A stretch of 45,130 bases of DNA from Bacteroidaceae bacterium (GCA_963649625.1 CAVJIP010000169.1:1-45130), one strand, 5' to 3'; positions 27,070 through 37,826 are shown, numbered from the stretch's first letter. The notes: a model not told the origin generated them from the sequence alone. Numbers and translations: made by a program.

Positions 27070-27570
27070 GTGCGGATCGTGAACATCCCATTGAATATTG
27101 ACTGGCAGCAGATCCTCCTGCATCTGCTGAACTTCGCCATTCTGGCGGGGGGATTGTATCTGCTGCTGTATAAGCCTGTGAAGGAGTTTATGGCCAAGCG
27201 GGACGCCTATTACAAAAATGAGCATGAGTCCGCCGCCCAGGATCGGGCGGCGGCGGAGAAGCTGAAGGTCGGCTATGAGGCACAGCTAAAGCAGCTGGAG
27301 ACGGAACTTCAGGAAAAGCGAAACGCCGCCCAGCAGGAACTGGAGGCCTATCGTCAGGCCCAGCGGAAGGATGCCCAGGCCCAGGCCGATCAGCTTCTGG
27401 CAGAGGCCAAGACTGCAGCCCAGCGGGAGCATGACAAAATGCTTGCCGACAGCCAGCAGGAGCTGCGGGATTTGGCGGTAACTGCCGCCGAGAAGCTGCT
27501 GCTGGGACAGGAGCAGGATCCCTATGAGCAATTCCTCCGGAAGGCAGAGGAGGGCGGCAAGGATGCATGA
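27070..27570 (+). CDS. atpF: F0F1 ATP synthase subunit b
   Basis: 166 aa. One N-terminal TM (LLHLLNFAILAGGLYLLLYKPV) is followed by a long Ala/Glu/Gln/Lys-rich helix. GTG start (27079 is an alternative). Confidence 0.85.
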   Translation: MRIVNIPLNIDWQQILLHLLNFAILAGGLYLLLYKPVKEFMAKRDAYYKNEHESAAQDRAAAEKLKVGYEAQLKQLETELQEKRNAAQQELEAYRQAQRKDAQAQADQLLAEAKTAAQREHDKMLADSQQELRDLAVTAAEKLLLGQEQDPYEQFLRKAEEGGKDA

Positions 27571-29317
27571 GAAAAAAACGGCTGTGCTAAGCGCAGTCCT
27601 TCGGGGCAGCAAGGCCCCTACGGAGGCCCAGCGGAATCGGTTCCAGACCTTTTTGGAGTCCCGCTATGGCCGCCCTGTCAGGCTGACCTTCCAGGCGGAT
27701 CCCGCCCTCACCGGCGGCCTGGTGCTGGAGGCCGGTGACGATGTATATGACTGGAGCCTGGAGGGCCGTCTGCGCCAGTTCCAGGAGCGTCTGGAGCAGC
27801 TCAGGCCCCAATCGGAGAAAATCATTCCCCTGATGAAGGAGGCCGTGGAGAACTGGGCCCCGGAGGTGCTGGCCCAGGAAACCGGCGAGGTGCTTACGGT
27901 GGGGGACGAAATCGCCACCGTGCGTGGCCTGCCCCATGCGGCCTACGGAGAGATTTTGCTGTTCTCCTCCGGGGTCAAGGGCATGGTGCAGGAGCTGCGG
28001 CGGGAGGAGCTGGGCTGTGTGCTGTTCGGTGACGGCAGCCAGATCGCCCAGGGCAGCATTGTCCGCCGCACCGGCAAAACCGCAGGGCTTCCTGTGGGAG
28101 AGGGCTTTCTGGGCCGTGTCATCAACGCCCTGGGAGAGCCCATTGACGGCGGCGGGGACATCAAGGCAGATGGCTATCGTCCCATTGAAAACCCCGCCCC
28201 CGGCATTATTGACCGTCAGCCGGTGAACACCCCCATGGAGACGGGTCTGCTTTCCATTGATGCCATGTTCCCCATTGGTCGGGGGCAGCGTGAGCTGATT
28301 ATCGGCGACCGGCAGACCGGTAAAACCGCCGTGGCCCTGGACACCATCCTAAATCAGAAGGGCAAAAACGTGGTGTGCATCTATGTGGCCATCGGGCAGA
28401 AGTCCTCCTCGGTGGCTCAGCTGGTAGAAAACCTAAAGGCCCGGGGTGCCATGGACTATACCATCGTGCTTCACGCACCGGCCAGTGCCTCGGCCTCTCT
28501 CCAGTACATTGCCCCCTACGCAGGCTGCGCCATGGGCGAATACTTTATGTATCAGGGGCGGGATGTGCTCATCGTCTATGACGATTTGTCCAAGCACGCC
28601 ATTGCTTACCGGGCGCTGAGCCTGCTGCTGGAGCGTTCTCCCGGCCGTGAGGCCTATCCCGGCGATGTATTCTATCTCCACTCCAGACTGTTGGAACGCT
28701 CGGCCCATCTGTCGGACGCTCTGGGCGGCGGCAGCATGACCGCCCTGCCCATTGTGGAAACTCAGGCCGGTGACGTGGCGGCCTATATTCCCACAAACAT
28801 CATTTCCATCACCGATGGACAGATTTTCCTGGAAAGCGACCTGTTCTTCTCTGGCCAGCGTCCCGCCGTCAACGTGGGCATCAGCGTGTCCCGGGTAGGC
28901 GGCGATGCCCAGACAAAGGCCATGAAGTCCGCCGCCGGGGCCATCCGGCTGGATCTGGCCCAGTACCGGGAGATGGAGGTCTTTACCCAGTTCTCCAGTG
29001 ACCTGGACGATGCCACCAAGCGTCAGCTGCAATACGGTCAGGGGTTGATGCGTCTGCTGCGGCAGTCCCAGTATCATCCCTACAGCCAGCATCAGCAGGT
29101 GATTCTTCTGGTGGCGGCCCTGAATCGGCTGCTTCTTCAGGTGCCGGTGGGAGACATCAACACCAGGGCCTCGGAGCTGCTTACCCATGTGGAGCAGGCC
29201 GCCCCGGAGCTGTGCCGCCGCATTGACGAAAGCGGGGCGCTCAGCCAGGAGGATCGGAGCCAAATCCTCTCTCTGGCCAAGGCCTTCCTCCAGCCTGACG
29301 AAAAGGGCGGTGGCTGA
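27563..29317 (+). CDS. atpA: F0F1 ATP synthase alpha subunit with an N-terminally fused delta (OSCP) C-terminal domain
   Basis: ATG 27563 overlaps the atpF stop by 8 nt. Residues 1 to ~85 resemble the delta C-terminal domain (VRLTFQADPALTGGLVLEAGDDVYDWSLEGRLRQF). The rest is full-length alpha (Walker A GDRQTGKT, ETQAGDV). The frame is continuous, with no stop. Confidence 0.85.
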   Translation: MHEKKTAVLSAVLRGSKAPTEAQRNRFQTFLESRYGRPVRLTFQADPALTGGLVLEAGDDVYDWSLEGRLRQFQERLEQLRPQSEKIIPLMKEAVENWAPEVLAQETGEVLTVGDEIATVRGLPHAAYGEILLFSSGVKGMVQELRREELGCVLFGDGSQIAQGSIVRRTGKTAGLPVGEGFLGRVINALGEPIDGGGDIKADGYRPIENPAPGIIDRQPVNTPMETGLLSIDAMFPIGRGQRELIIGDRQTGKTAVALDTILNQKGKNVVCIYVAIGQKSSSVAQLVENLKARGAMDYTIVLHAPASASASLQYIAPYAGCAMGEYFMYQGRDVLIVYDDLSKHAIAYRALSLLLERSPGREAYPGDVFYLHSRLLERSAHLSDALGGGSMTALPIVETQAGDVAAYIPTNIISITDGQIFLESDLFFSGQRPAVNVGISVSRVGGDAQTKAMKSAAGAIRLDLAQYREMEVFTQFSSDLDDATKRQLQYGQGLMRLLRQSQYHPYSQHQQVILLVAALNRLLLQVPVGDINTRASELLTHVEQAAPELCRRIDESGALSQEDRSQILSLAKAFLQPDEKGGG

Positions 29318-29318
29318 T

Positions 29319-31632
<2,314 letters not shown>

Positions 31633-31633
<1 letters not shown>

Positions 31634-32043
31634 TGGAGCTTTTTCAGGTCCATATTTTGGCGGCGGATGAGGCCTTCTATGAGGGCCCCTGTCAGTCTCT
31701 GTCCGTTCCCTGCTCTACAGGAATGGTGGGGATTCTGGCCCATCACAGCAATATGATCGCCGCAGTGGTGCCGGGGATCCTTCACTATCAGTGCCAGGGA
31801 CAGCCGGAGCAGCTGGCCGCCGTATCCGCAGGACTGGTAAAGGTGGAAAATGGGGTTGTGCTGATTCTGGTGGACTCTGCGGAGCGGCCGGAGGAAATCG
31901 ACGCCAACCGGGCCCAGCGGGCAGCGGATGCGGCCAAGGAGGCCCTGCTCCAGAAAAAGAGCATTCAGGAGTATCGAATGGCCCAGTCCAGTCTGGCCCG
32001 GGCCATCAGCCGGCTCCAGGTCAAGAGCATTTCCAGAAAATAA
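31633..32043 (+). CDS. atpC: F0F1 ATP synthase subunit epsilon
   Basis: 136 aa. A beta-sandwich N-terminus plus a C-terminal helical pair. The start overlaps the atpD stop (TAATG). Confidence 0.9.
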
Positions 32044-32063
32044 TCGTACCGGAGGAAACGACC

Positions 32064-32741
32064 TTGAAGAAAAAGCACGGACAGATGTCCGAGGCCTTTC
32101 TGACGGCTGCCCTGCTGTCGGTCTCCGGCGGCCTACAGGATGCCTATACCTATATGGCTCGGGGCCAGGTATTCGCCAACGCCCAGACCGGCAATATCGT
32201 TCTGCTCAGTCAGAATGCCTTTCTGGGACGCTGGGGCCAAGCGGCCCATTATCTGGTGCCCCTGCTGGCCTTCGGCTTGGGTGTAGCCGTGGCAGAGGGC
32301 ATACGCTGGCGGTTTCAGCGGTTCCGTCGGCTGCACTGGCGGCAGCTGGTGCTGCTGGTAGAGATTCTCCTGCTGTTTGGGGTGGGCTTTTTCCCTGCGC
32401 AGTGGAACGTACCGGCCAATGCGATGGTCTCCTTTTCCTGTGCCATGCAGGTTCAGTCCTTTCGCAAAGTGGAGGGCTATACCTTTGCCAGCACCATGTG
32501 CATCGGCAATTTTCGCAGCGGCATAGAATCCCTGATGGCGGGCATCCGGATTGGGAATCGGCGGCTTCTCTGGCGGGCGGGACGGTATTTTGCCCTGATT
32601 TTGTTGTTTGCCCTGGGGGCGGGGCTAGGTGGCATTTGGGTGGCCCGGTTTGGCCTGCAAACCATTTGGGCCTCCTGCGTTCTGCTGTCCCTGGGCTTTC
32701 TGATTATGTTTATCCAGGAGGAGACGGACGCTCCGGTGTAA
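32064..32741 (+). CDS. YoaK/DUF1275 family membrane protein
   Basis: GGLQDAYTYMARGQVFANAQTGNIVLL is the YoaK signature. TTG 32064 lies 8 nt after GGAGG (ATG 32085 is an alternative). The longer track ORFs overlapping atpC are rejected. Confidence 0.8.
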   Translation: MKKKHGQMSEAFLTAALLSVSGGLQDAYTYMARGQVFANAQTGNIVLLSQNAFLGRWGQAAHYLVPLLAFGLGVAVAEGIRWRFQRFRRLHWRQLVLLVEILLLFGVGFFPAQWNVPANAMVSFSCAMQVQSFRKVEGYTFASTMCIGNFRSGIESLMAGIRIGNRRLLWRAGRYFALILLFALGAGLGGIWVARFGLQTIWASCVLLSLGFLIMFIQEETDAPV

Positions 32742-32746
32742 GTTGG

Positions 32747-32788
32747 AAGGGCCTGATAAAAAGCGGTTTTGCTTTTTATCAGGCCCTT
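32747..32788. terminator. Bidirectional intrinsic terminator (18-bp perfect stem) ending the atp-yoaK unit and hemW
   Basis: AAGGGCCTGATAAAAAGC - GGTTTT - GCTTTTTATCAGGCCCTT. Confidence 0.7.
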
Positions 32789-32803
32789 TGCGTTGCTTGA
32801 ACA

Positions 32804-34012
32804 TCAAAATCTGTGGGGCGAAAGGGGGGTGGATTTCCGCTGGGCCTCAATGAGCTGTCCGATCAGCTGATTGGACACCAGAAAGCCCTGAGGGGTAAAC
32901 CGCCAGCGGTCGTTTACCTGGCGGGTCAGTCCTCGCCCTCCATAAAGGGTCAAGACCTGTTCCAGCGGGTCAAAGGGCATCAGGAAGGTGGACTCATATT
33001 CTTTCCGCTCAATGCCGTAAACCGTGCGCATTCGCAGCATAACGTACTCACCGGCTCGCTCCTTAATGGGGACGTATTCACACTCCGTGGTAATGCTGTC
33101 CCCGGTGCGGATGGCCTTGATATAGCGGGCCAGGTCAGAAGCAAAGGTATAGCGGGTGCCCGCAAAGTCCGAGGCGGCAGAGGGGCCAAAGCTCATATAT
33201 TCCCCGCCCAGCCAATATTTCAGGTTGTGAACGCACTCCCGGCCGGTTTTGGCAAAGTTGGAGATCTCATACTGATGATAGCCGTAGGCCTCCAGGGTGG
33301 AGGCGGCGTAGAGGTACATGGCGGCCTGGGCATCGTCATCCGGCAGCGCCGCCTGGTATCGGTAATTGTACAGCGGGGTGCCGGGACTCAGAGTCAGCCC
33401 ATAGCAGGAGATATGCTCCGGCTTCAGGTCGATAATGGAGCCCAGGGCATCCGCCCACTGCTGGGGACTTTGGGCCGGAAGGCCGTACATAAGATCCAGG
33501 CTGATGTTGCCAAAGCCCGCATTCCGGGCAATGGCTACGGCCCGCTGGGCCTGACGGAAGGTATGAGGGCGGCCCAGAGCCTTGAGAATCTGGTCGTTGT
33601 TGCTCTGCACCCCAATGGAGATTCGGTTAAACCCGGCGGACAGCAGCCTTTGGCAGCCCTTCTCCGTGATGGAGTCCGGGTTGGCCTCCAGGGTCACTTC
33701 GGCGGACTTAGACACATTAAACCGCTTGGACAGGGTGGAGAACAGGCTTTTCAGCCGCTCCGGGCCAAAATAGCTGGGGGTGCCGCCGCCAAAATATACG
33801 CTGTCCACCACATATTTTGTGGCCCTTGCGCCGCCCTCCCGGATATGGGCCTCCAGGGCCTGGACGTAGCGATCCATCAGCTCCGGGGTTTTCTCGCTGC
33901 GGGGCAAACTGTAAAAGTCGCAGTACTGGCACTTGCTGCGGCAGAAGGGAATATGCACATAAATACCCAGGGACTTGCTTTGGGAGGTCAGCTTTTGAGA
34001 GGCTTTTGCCAT
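32804..34012 (-). CDS. hemW: Radical SAM family heme chaperone HemW (HemN-like, oxygen-independent coproporphyrinogen oxidase family)
   Basis: 402 aa. LGIYVHIPFCRSKCQYCDF (CxxxCxxC) and the HemN_C domain. It sits in the conserved lepA-hemW arrangement. Confidence 0.9.
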   Translation of the reverse strand: MAKASQKLTSQSKSLGIYVHIPFCRSKCQYCDFYSLPRSEKTPELMDRYVQALEAHIREGGARATKYVVDSVYFGGGTPSYFGPERLKSLFSTLSKRFNVSKSAEVTLEANPDSITEKGCQRLLSAGFNRISIGVQSNNDQILKALGRPHTFRQAQRAVAIARNAGFGNISLDLMYGLPAQSPQQWADALGSIIDLKPEHISCYGLTLSPGTPLYNYRYQAALPDDDAQAAMYLYAASTLEAYGYHQYEISNFAKTGRECVHNLKYWLGGEYMSFGPSAASDFAGTRYTFASDLARYIKAIRTGDSITTECEYVPIKERAGEYVMLRMRTVYGIERKEYESTFLMPFDPLEQVLTLYGGRGLTRQVNDRWRFTPQGFLVSNQLIGQLIEAQRKSTPLSPHRF

Positions 34013-34030
34013 GATGAAATGTTCTCCTTT

Positions 34031-35839
34031 TTATTCCGAATCCAGCTTCAGGACGGCCATAAACGCCTCCTGGGGCACCTCTACGGAGCCAAAGCTGCGC
34101 ATACGCTTTTTTCCTTCCTTCTGCTTCTCCAGCAGCTTTTTCTTTCGGGTGATGTCGCCGCCGTAGCACTTGGCCAGCACGTCCTTCCGCAGGGCCTTGA
34201 TGGTCTCCCGGGCGATGATTTTAGAGCCGATGGCGGCCTGAACGGGAATTTCAAAAAGCTGGCGGGGAATGGTTTCCTTGAGCTTTTCGCAAATCTTTCT
34301 GGCCCGGGCATAGGCCTTGTCCGCATGGAGAATAAAGGACAGGGCATCCACAATGTCCCCATTGAGGAGAATATCCAGCTTGACCAGATTGCTCTCCCGG
34401 TAGCCGGTGAGCTCATAGTCCAGGGATGCATAGCCCCGGGTACGGGATTTCAGGCAATCGAAAAAGTCAAAAATAATCTCATTCAGGGGCATATCATAGT
34501 GGAGCTCTACCCGGCTCTGATCCAGATAGGTCAGGTCGATATACTCCCCCCGGCGATCCTGGCACAGCTCCATAATGCCTCCCACATACTCCGGCGGTGT
34601 AATGATGGAAGCCCGGACAAAGGGCTCCTCCGCCGTCTGAATCTCCGAGGGGTCGGGATAGTTCAGTGGATTGTCGATCATGTGGACGGTGCCGTCGGTT
34701 TTTGTGACCCGGTAAACCACGCTGGGGGCGGTGGTAATCAAGTCCAGGTTGAACTCCCGCTCCAGCCGAAGCTGAATGATCTCCATGTGTAGCAGCCCCA
34801 GAAAGCCGCACCGAAAGCCAAAGCCCAAAGCAATGGAGCTTTCCGGCTCATAGGACAAAGAGGCATCATTGAGCTTGAGCTTTTCCAGGGCATCCCGAAG
34901 CTCCGGGTATTTTGCCCCGTCGGCGGGGTAGACTCCGGAATACACCATAGGCTGGACATTCTTATAGCCCTGGAGGGGCTCCGCCGCAGGGTTATCATTG
35001 TCCGTGACCGTATCTCCCACCCGGGTGTCGGAGACGTTTTTAATGGAGGCGGTAAAGTAGCCCACCTCTCCGGCTCCCAGAGCCTCACAGGGCTCCATGC
35101 CCCGGGGATGAAGGTATCCCACCTCCACCACCTTATAAATGGCCCCGCCGGACATCATTCGCACGTCCATTCCCTGACGGAGCACCCCGTCCATGACCCG
35201 GAGATAGACGATCACGCCCTTATAGCTGTCGTATTGACTGTCAAAAATCAGGGCCCGCAGGGGCTTGCCCCGATCTCCCGTAGGGGCAGGCAGGTCATTT
35301 ACAATCATCTCCAGCACCGCATGGATATTGATGCCGTTTTTCGCAGAAATCTCCGGGGCATCCTGGGCAGGCAGACCGATAATGTCCTCGATCTCCTGCT
35401 TCACCCGCTGAGGATCCGCCGCAGGCAGGTCGATTTTGTTGATGACAGGAAACACCTCCAGCCCTGCGTCAATGGCCAGATAGGTATTGGCCAGGGTCTG
35501 GGCCTCCACCCCCTGGGAGGCATCCACCACCAGCACGGCCCCTTCGCAGGCGGCCAGGGAACGAGACACCTCATAGTTAAAGTCCACATGGCCCGGGGTG
35601 TCAATCAAATTGAGCACATAGGTCTCCCCGTTGTCGGCGGTGTAAAGGAGCCGTACCGCCCGGGCCTTGATGGTAATGCCCCGCTCCCGCTCCAACTCCA
35701 TATTGTCCAGAATCTGATCCTCCATCTCCCGGGCCTCCACCGCCTGGCAGTCCTCCAGCAGCCGGTCTGCCAGGGTGGATTTGCCGTGGTCAATGTGGGC
35801 AATGATGGAGAAGTTTCTGAGCTTGTCTAAATCGGTCAT
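34031..35839 (-). CDS. lepA: Translation elongation factor 4 (LepA)
   Basis: 602 aa. [28 protein letters not shown] and the LepA C-terminal domain. Confidence 0.98.
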   Translation of the reverse strand: MTDLDKLRNFSIIAHIDHGKSTLADRLLEDCQAVEAREMEDQILDNMELERERGITIKARAVRLLYTADNGETYVLNLIDTPGHVDFNYEVSRSLAACEGAVLVVDASQGVEAQTLANTYLAIDAGLEVFPVINKIDLPAADPQRVKQEIEDIIGLPAQDAPEISAKNGINIHAVLEMIVNDLPAPTGDRGKPLRALIFDSQYDSYKGVIVYLRVMDGVLRQGMDVRMMSGGAIYKVVEVGYLHPRGMEPCEALGAGEVGYFTASIKNVSDTRVGDTVTDNDNPAAEPLQGYKNVQPMVYSGVYPADGAKYPELRDALEKLKLNDASLSYEPESSIALGFGFRCGFLGLLHMEIIQLRLEREFNLDLITTAPSVVYRVTKTDGTVHMIDNPLNYPDPSEIQTAEEPFVRASIITPPEYVGGIMELCQDRRGEYIDLTYLDQSRVELHYDMPLNEIIFDFFDCLKSRTRGYASLDYELTGYRESNLVKLDILLNGDIVDALSFILHADKAYARARKICEKLKETIPRQLFEIPVQAAIGSKIIARETIKALRKDVLAKCYGGDITRKKKLLEKQKEGKKRMRSFGSVEVPQEAFMAVLKLDSE

Positions 35840-35870
35840 AGCTACACCTCATACATTCCATATCCCGATT

Positions 35871-35899
35871 AGTATATGTGATTTTTGTTGATTTGTAAA
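35871..35899 (-). promoter_or_regulatory. lepA promoter (TTTACA-17-TATACT on minus)
   Basis: TGTAAA at 35894-35899 and AGTATA at 35871-35876 on the plus strand. Confidence 0.45.
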
Positions 35900-35926
35900 G
35901 AAATTTTCCATGGAAAGAGAAAAAGC

Positions 35927-35953
35927 GCAGACCAGCCCGGCGGGTCAGTCTGC
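35927..35953 (-). terminator. Intrinsic terminator after the GT2 gene
   Basis: GCAGAC...GTCTGC stem with an inner CCC/GGG pairing, followed on the minus strand by GCTTTTTCTCTTTCC. Confidence 0.5.
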
Positions 35954-35966
35954 ACGCATTCCGGTG

Positions 35967-36926
35967 TCAGGGCTTCTTTGTCTCCTCCCAGGTTCGCTCA
36001 CTGATAATATACCTGGGGCGGGCTTTTGTCTCCAAATAGATTTTGCCGATATACTCCCCGATAATACCCAGGCAGATCAGCTGTACGCCGGAGACAAAGC
36101 AGACTATGCAGGTGGTGCTGGCCCAGCCGGCCACGGTGTTGCCCAGGGCGGCACCGATCAGGGCCCAAAGTACCCCCACAAAGCTCACCAGAGCCACCAG
36201 CACCCCGAAACCGGTAATCAGCCGCAGAGGCTTCACCGACAGGCTGGTGATTCCATCCATGGCCAGGGCCAGCATTTTCGACAGGGGATAGTGGCTCTCC
36301 CCGGCAATGCGCTCATGGCGGGCATACTCCACGGAGGTGCTCTTAAAGCCCACCAGCGGCACCATGCCCCGGAGGAACAGATTGACCTCCCGGAATTGAG
36401 CCAGCTCCCGGAGGACCCGGCTGCTGAGGAGCCGGTAGTCTGCGTGATTGTAGACCACCTGGGCCCCCATGGCGTTCAGGAGCTTATAGAAGCTCTGGGC
36501 GGTAAACCGTTTGAAAAAGGTGTCGGTCTCCCGGGAGGAGCGGACACCGTAGACCACGTCACAGCCCTCCAAATAGGCCTCCACCATGGCATCCATGGCG
36601 TTGATGTCGTCCTGGCCGTCACAGTCAATGGAAATGGTAATGTCGCAACGCTCCTTCGCCTCCATCAGTCCCGCCCAGACGGCGTTTTGGTGGCCCCGGT
36701 TCCGGCTCTGACAGATGCCGATATAGTGGGGATCCTGCCGGGACAGCTCCTGAATGATCTCCCAGGTACGGTCACGGCTTCCGTCGTTGACAAAAAGCAC
36801 CCGGCTGTCCGGGGAGATCTTCCCCTGACCGGAAAGCTGGGTGAGCTTTTCCAGAAACAGGGGTGCGGTAATGGGGAGAACCTCCTGCTCGTTATAGCAG
36901 GGAACGACAATATATAGTACAGGCAA
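35967..36926 (-). CDS. Family 2 glycosyltransferase (GtrB / polyprenyl-phosphate sugar transferase-like, with 2 C-terminal TM)
   Basis: 319 aa. LYIVVPCYNEQEVL, NDGSRD and a DxD (DCDGQDD). The C-terminal hydrophobic helices match GtrB-type enzymes. TTG start lies 8 nt after AAAGGA. Confidence 0.9.
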   Translation of the reverse strand: MPVLYIVVPCYNEQEVLPITAPLFLEKLTQLSGQGKISPDSRVLFVNDGSRDRTWEIIQELSRQDPHYIGICQSRNRGHQNAVWAGLMEAKERCDITISIDCDGQDDINAMDAMVEAYLEGCDVVYGVRSSRETDTFFKRFTAQSFYKLLNAMGAQVVYNHADYRLLSSRVLRELAQFREVNLFLRGMVPLVGFKSTSVEYARHERIAGESHYPLSKMLALAMDGITSLSVKPLRLITGFGVLVALVSFVGVLWALIGAALGNTVAGWASTTCIVCFVSGVQLICLGIIGEYIGKIYLETKARPRYIISERTWEETKKP

Positions 36927-37071
36927 TGATCATGTCCTTTCTTGCGGAAATCTCCATATCCGTAGTATAGACGGTTTTCCTAAAAAAGTAAAGGCAATAC
37001 CGCATAATCCGGTGAGGAACTTTGGCGCAATTGTGTGGTGTTTCCTAAAGGCAAAAGCCAAGAAAACACAG

Positions 37072-37090
37072 CCACCGGCGAAGCCGGTGG
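37072..37090 (-). repeat. Subterminal hairpin (IS200 right end and/or tnpA terminator)
   Basis: CCACCGGC - GAA - GCCGGTGG, followed on the minus strand by CTGTGTTTTCTTGGCTTTT. Confidence 0.5.
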
Positions 37091-37124
37091 TTGTTCATAT
37101 GCGGGCATAGCCCTCTATTCCTCG

Positions 37125-37145
37125 CTTATGCGTAAAACGCATAAG
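37125..37145 (-). repeat. Hairpin downstream of tnpA (IS200 end structure)
   Basis: CTTATGCG - TAAAA - CGCATAAG, a perfect 8-bp stem. Confidence 0.45.
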
Positions 37146-37171
37146 TACGATCTGCCAGCCGCATAGGATTG

Positions 37172-37633
37172 TTACTTGCGGCCCGTAAACGGGCTATACG
37201 ACGGGATTCTTAGCTGTTCGCCCATCTCGTCTTCCTTTAGCTGGTTCTCGACGTACTCTTTAATTCGGCTCGCATTCTTTCCGACCGTATCTACATAATA
37301 ACCCCGGCACCAAAATTCCCGATTCCGGAATTTATATTTGAGTTCGCCGAATTGCTCATAAAGCATGGTACTGCTCTTGCCTTTGAGATAACCCATAAAG
37401 CTCGATACTGCAATCTTCGGCGGAATTTCGACGAATAGATGGATATGATCTGGGCATGCTTCCGCCGCAATCACTCTTACTCCCTTCCATTCGCATAACT
37501 GCCGCAGAATTTTTCCTACTGCTGCTCTCTTTTCGTAATAGAATACCTTCCGACGGTACTTCGGTGCAAACACAATGTGGTATTTGCAATTCCATTTTGT
37601 ATGTGATAAACTGTTGATATCATTCATTCCCAT
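37172..37633 (-). CDS. tnpA: IS200/IS605 family transposase TnpA (Y1 HUH)
   Basis: 153 aa. SHTKWNCKYHIVFAPKYRR, HUH motif DHIHLFV, and the catalytic Tyr region RGYYVDTVG. Confidence 0.93.
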   Translation of the reverse strand: MGMNDINSLSHTKWNCKYHIVFAPKYRRKVFYYEKRAAVGKILRQLCEWKGVRVIAAEACPDHIHLFVEIPPKIAVSSFMGYLKGKSSTMLYEQFGELKYKFRNREFWCRGYYVDTVGKNASRIKEYVENQLKEDEMGEQLRIPSYSPFTGRK

Positions 37634-37641
37634 AATGAATG
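37621..37641 (-). promoter_or_regulatory. Hairpin enclosing the tnpA start codon (translation-repressing structure, as in IS200)
   Basis: On the minus strand: GGGAGG CATTCATT ATGGG AATGAATG. The 8-bp perfect stem has the ATG in its loop and begins right after the RBS. Confidence 0.5.
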
Positions 37642-37725
37642 CCTCCCTGTTATTTTTATTGTGCAGTTGGCAGACCGCTCAATAATTTTAGCAGGGATTT
37701 TTCTTCATCGCCATAGGCTTTTTTG

Positions 37726-37748
37726 AACCACTCGCTTAGCGAGTGGTT
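37726..37748 (-). repeat. Subterminal hairpin (IS200 left end)
   Basis: AACCACTCGC - TTA - GCGAGTGGTT, a perfect 10-bp stem. Confidence 0.5.
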
Positions 37749-37763
37749 TTCGTTATACAAGAC

Positions 37764-37791
37764 CCCGGTGCGGCGGCTACTCCGCACCGGG
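37764..37791 (-). terminator. Probable terminator of the CoA-transferase gene
   Basis: CCCGGTGCGG - 8 nt - CCGCACCGGG, a 10-bp GC-rich stem 36 nt past the stop. The U-tract is weak. Confidence 0.45.
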
Positions 37792-37826
37792 ATCCGGCTA
37801 TCGGCCTTACGGCCAGAGGTATGACG

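Larger units (their letters stand above)
37060..37755 (-). mobile_element. IS200-group insertion sequence (IS200/IS605 family, tnpA only); the boundaries are approximate
   Basis: A low-GC segment containing a Y1 HUH transposase, flanked by subterminal hairpins at 37072-37090, 37125-37145 and 37726-37748. No tnpB is present. Confidence 0.6.

Noticed and set aside
32813-34792. A 659-aa plus-strand ORF opposite hemW and lepA. Others lie at 35910-36917 opposite GT2, 41140-42351 opposite groEL, 43022-43837 opposite aroE, 28433-29425 opposite atpA, 17157-18008 and 18293-19186 opposite the MATE and DagK genes, and 21115-21873 opposite the ECF-S gene.
   Set aside because: All are antisense to genes with strong family signatures. 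Their composition is Gly/Pro/His/Arg-rich. These are artefacts of high GC3.
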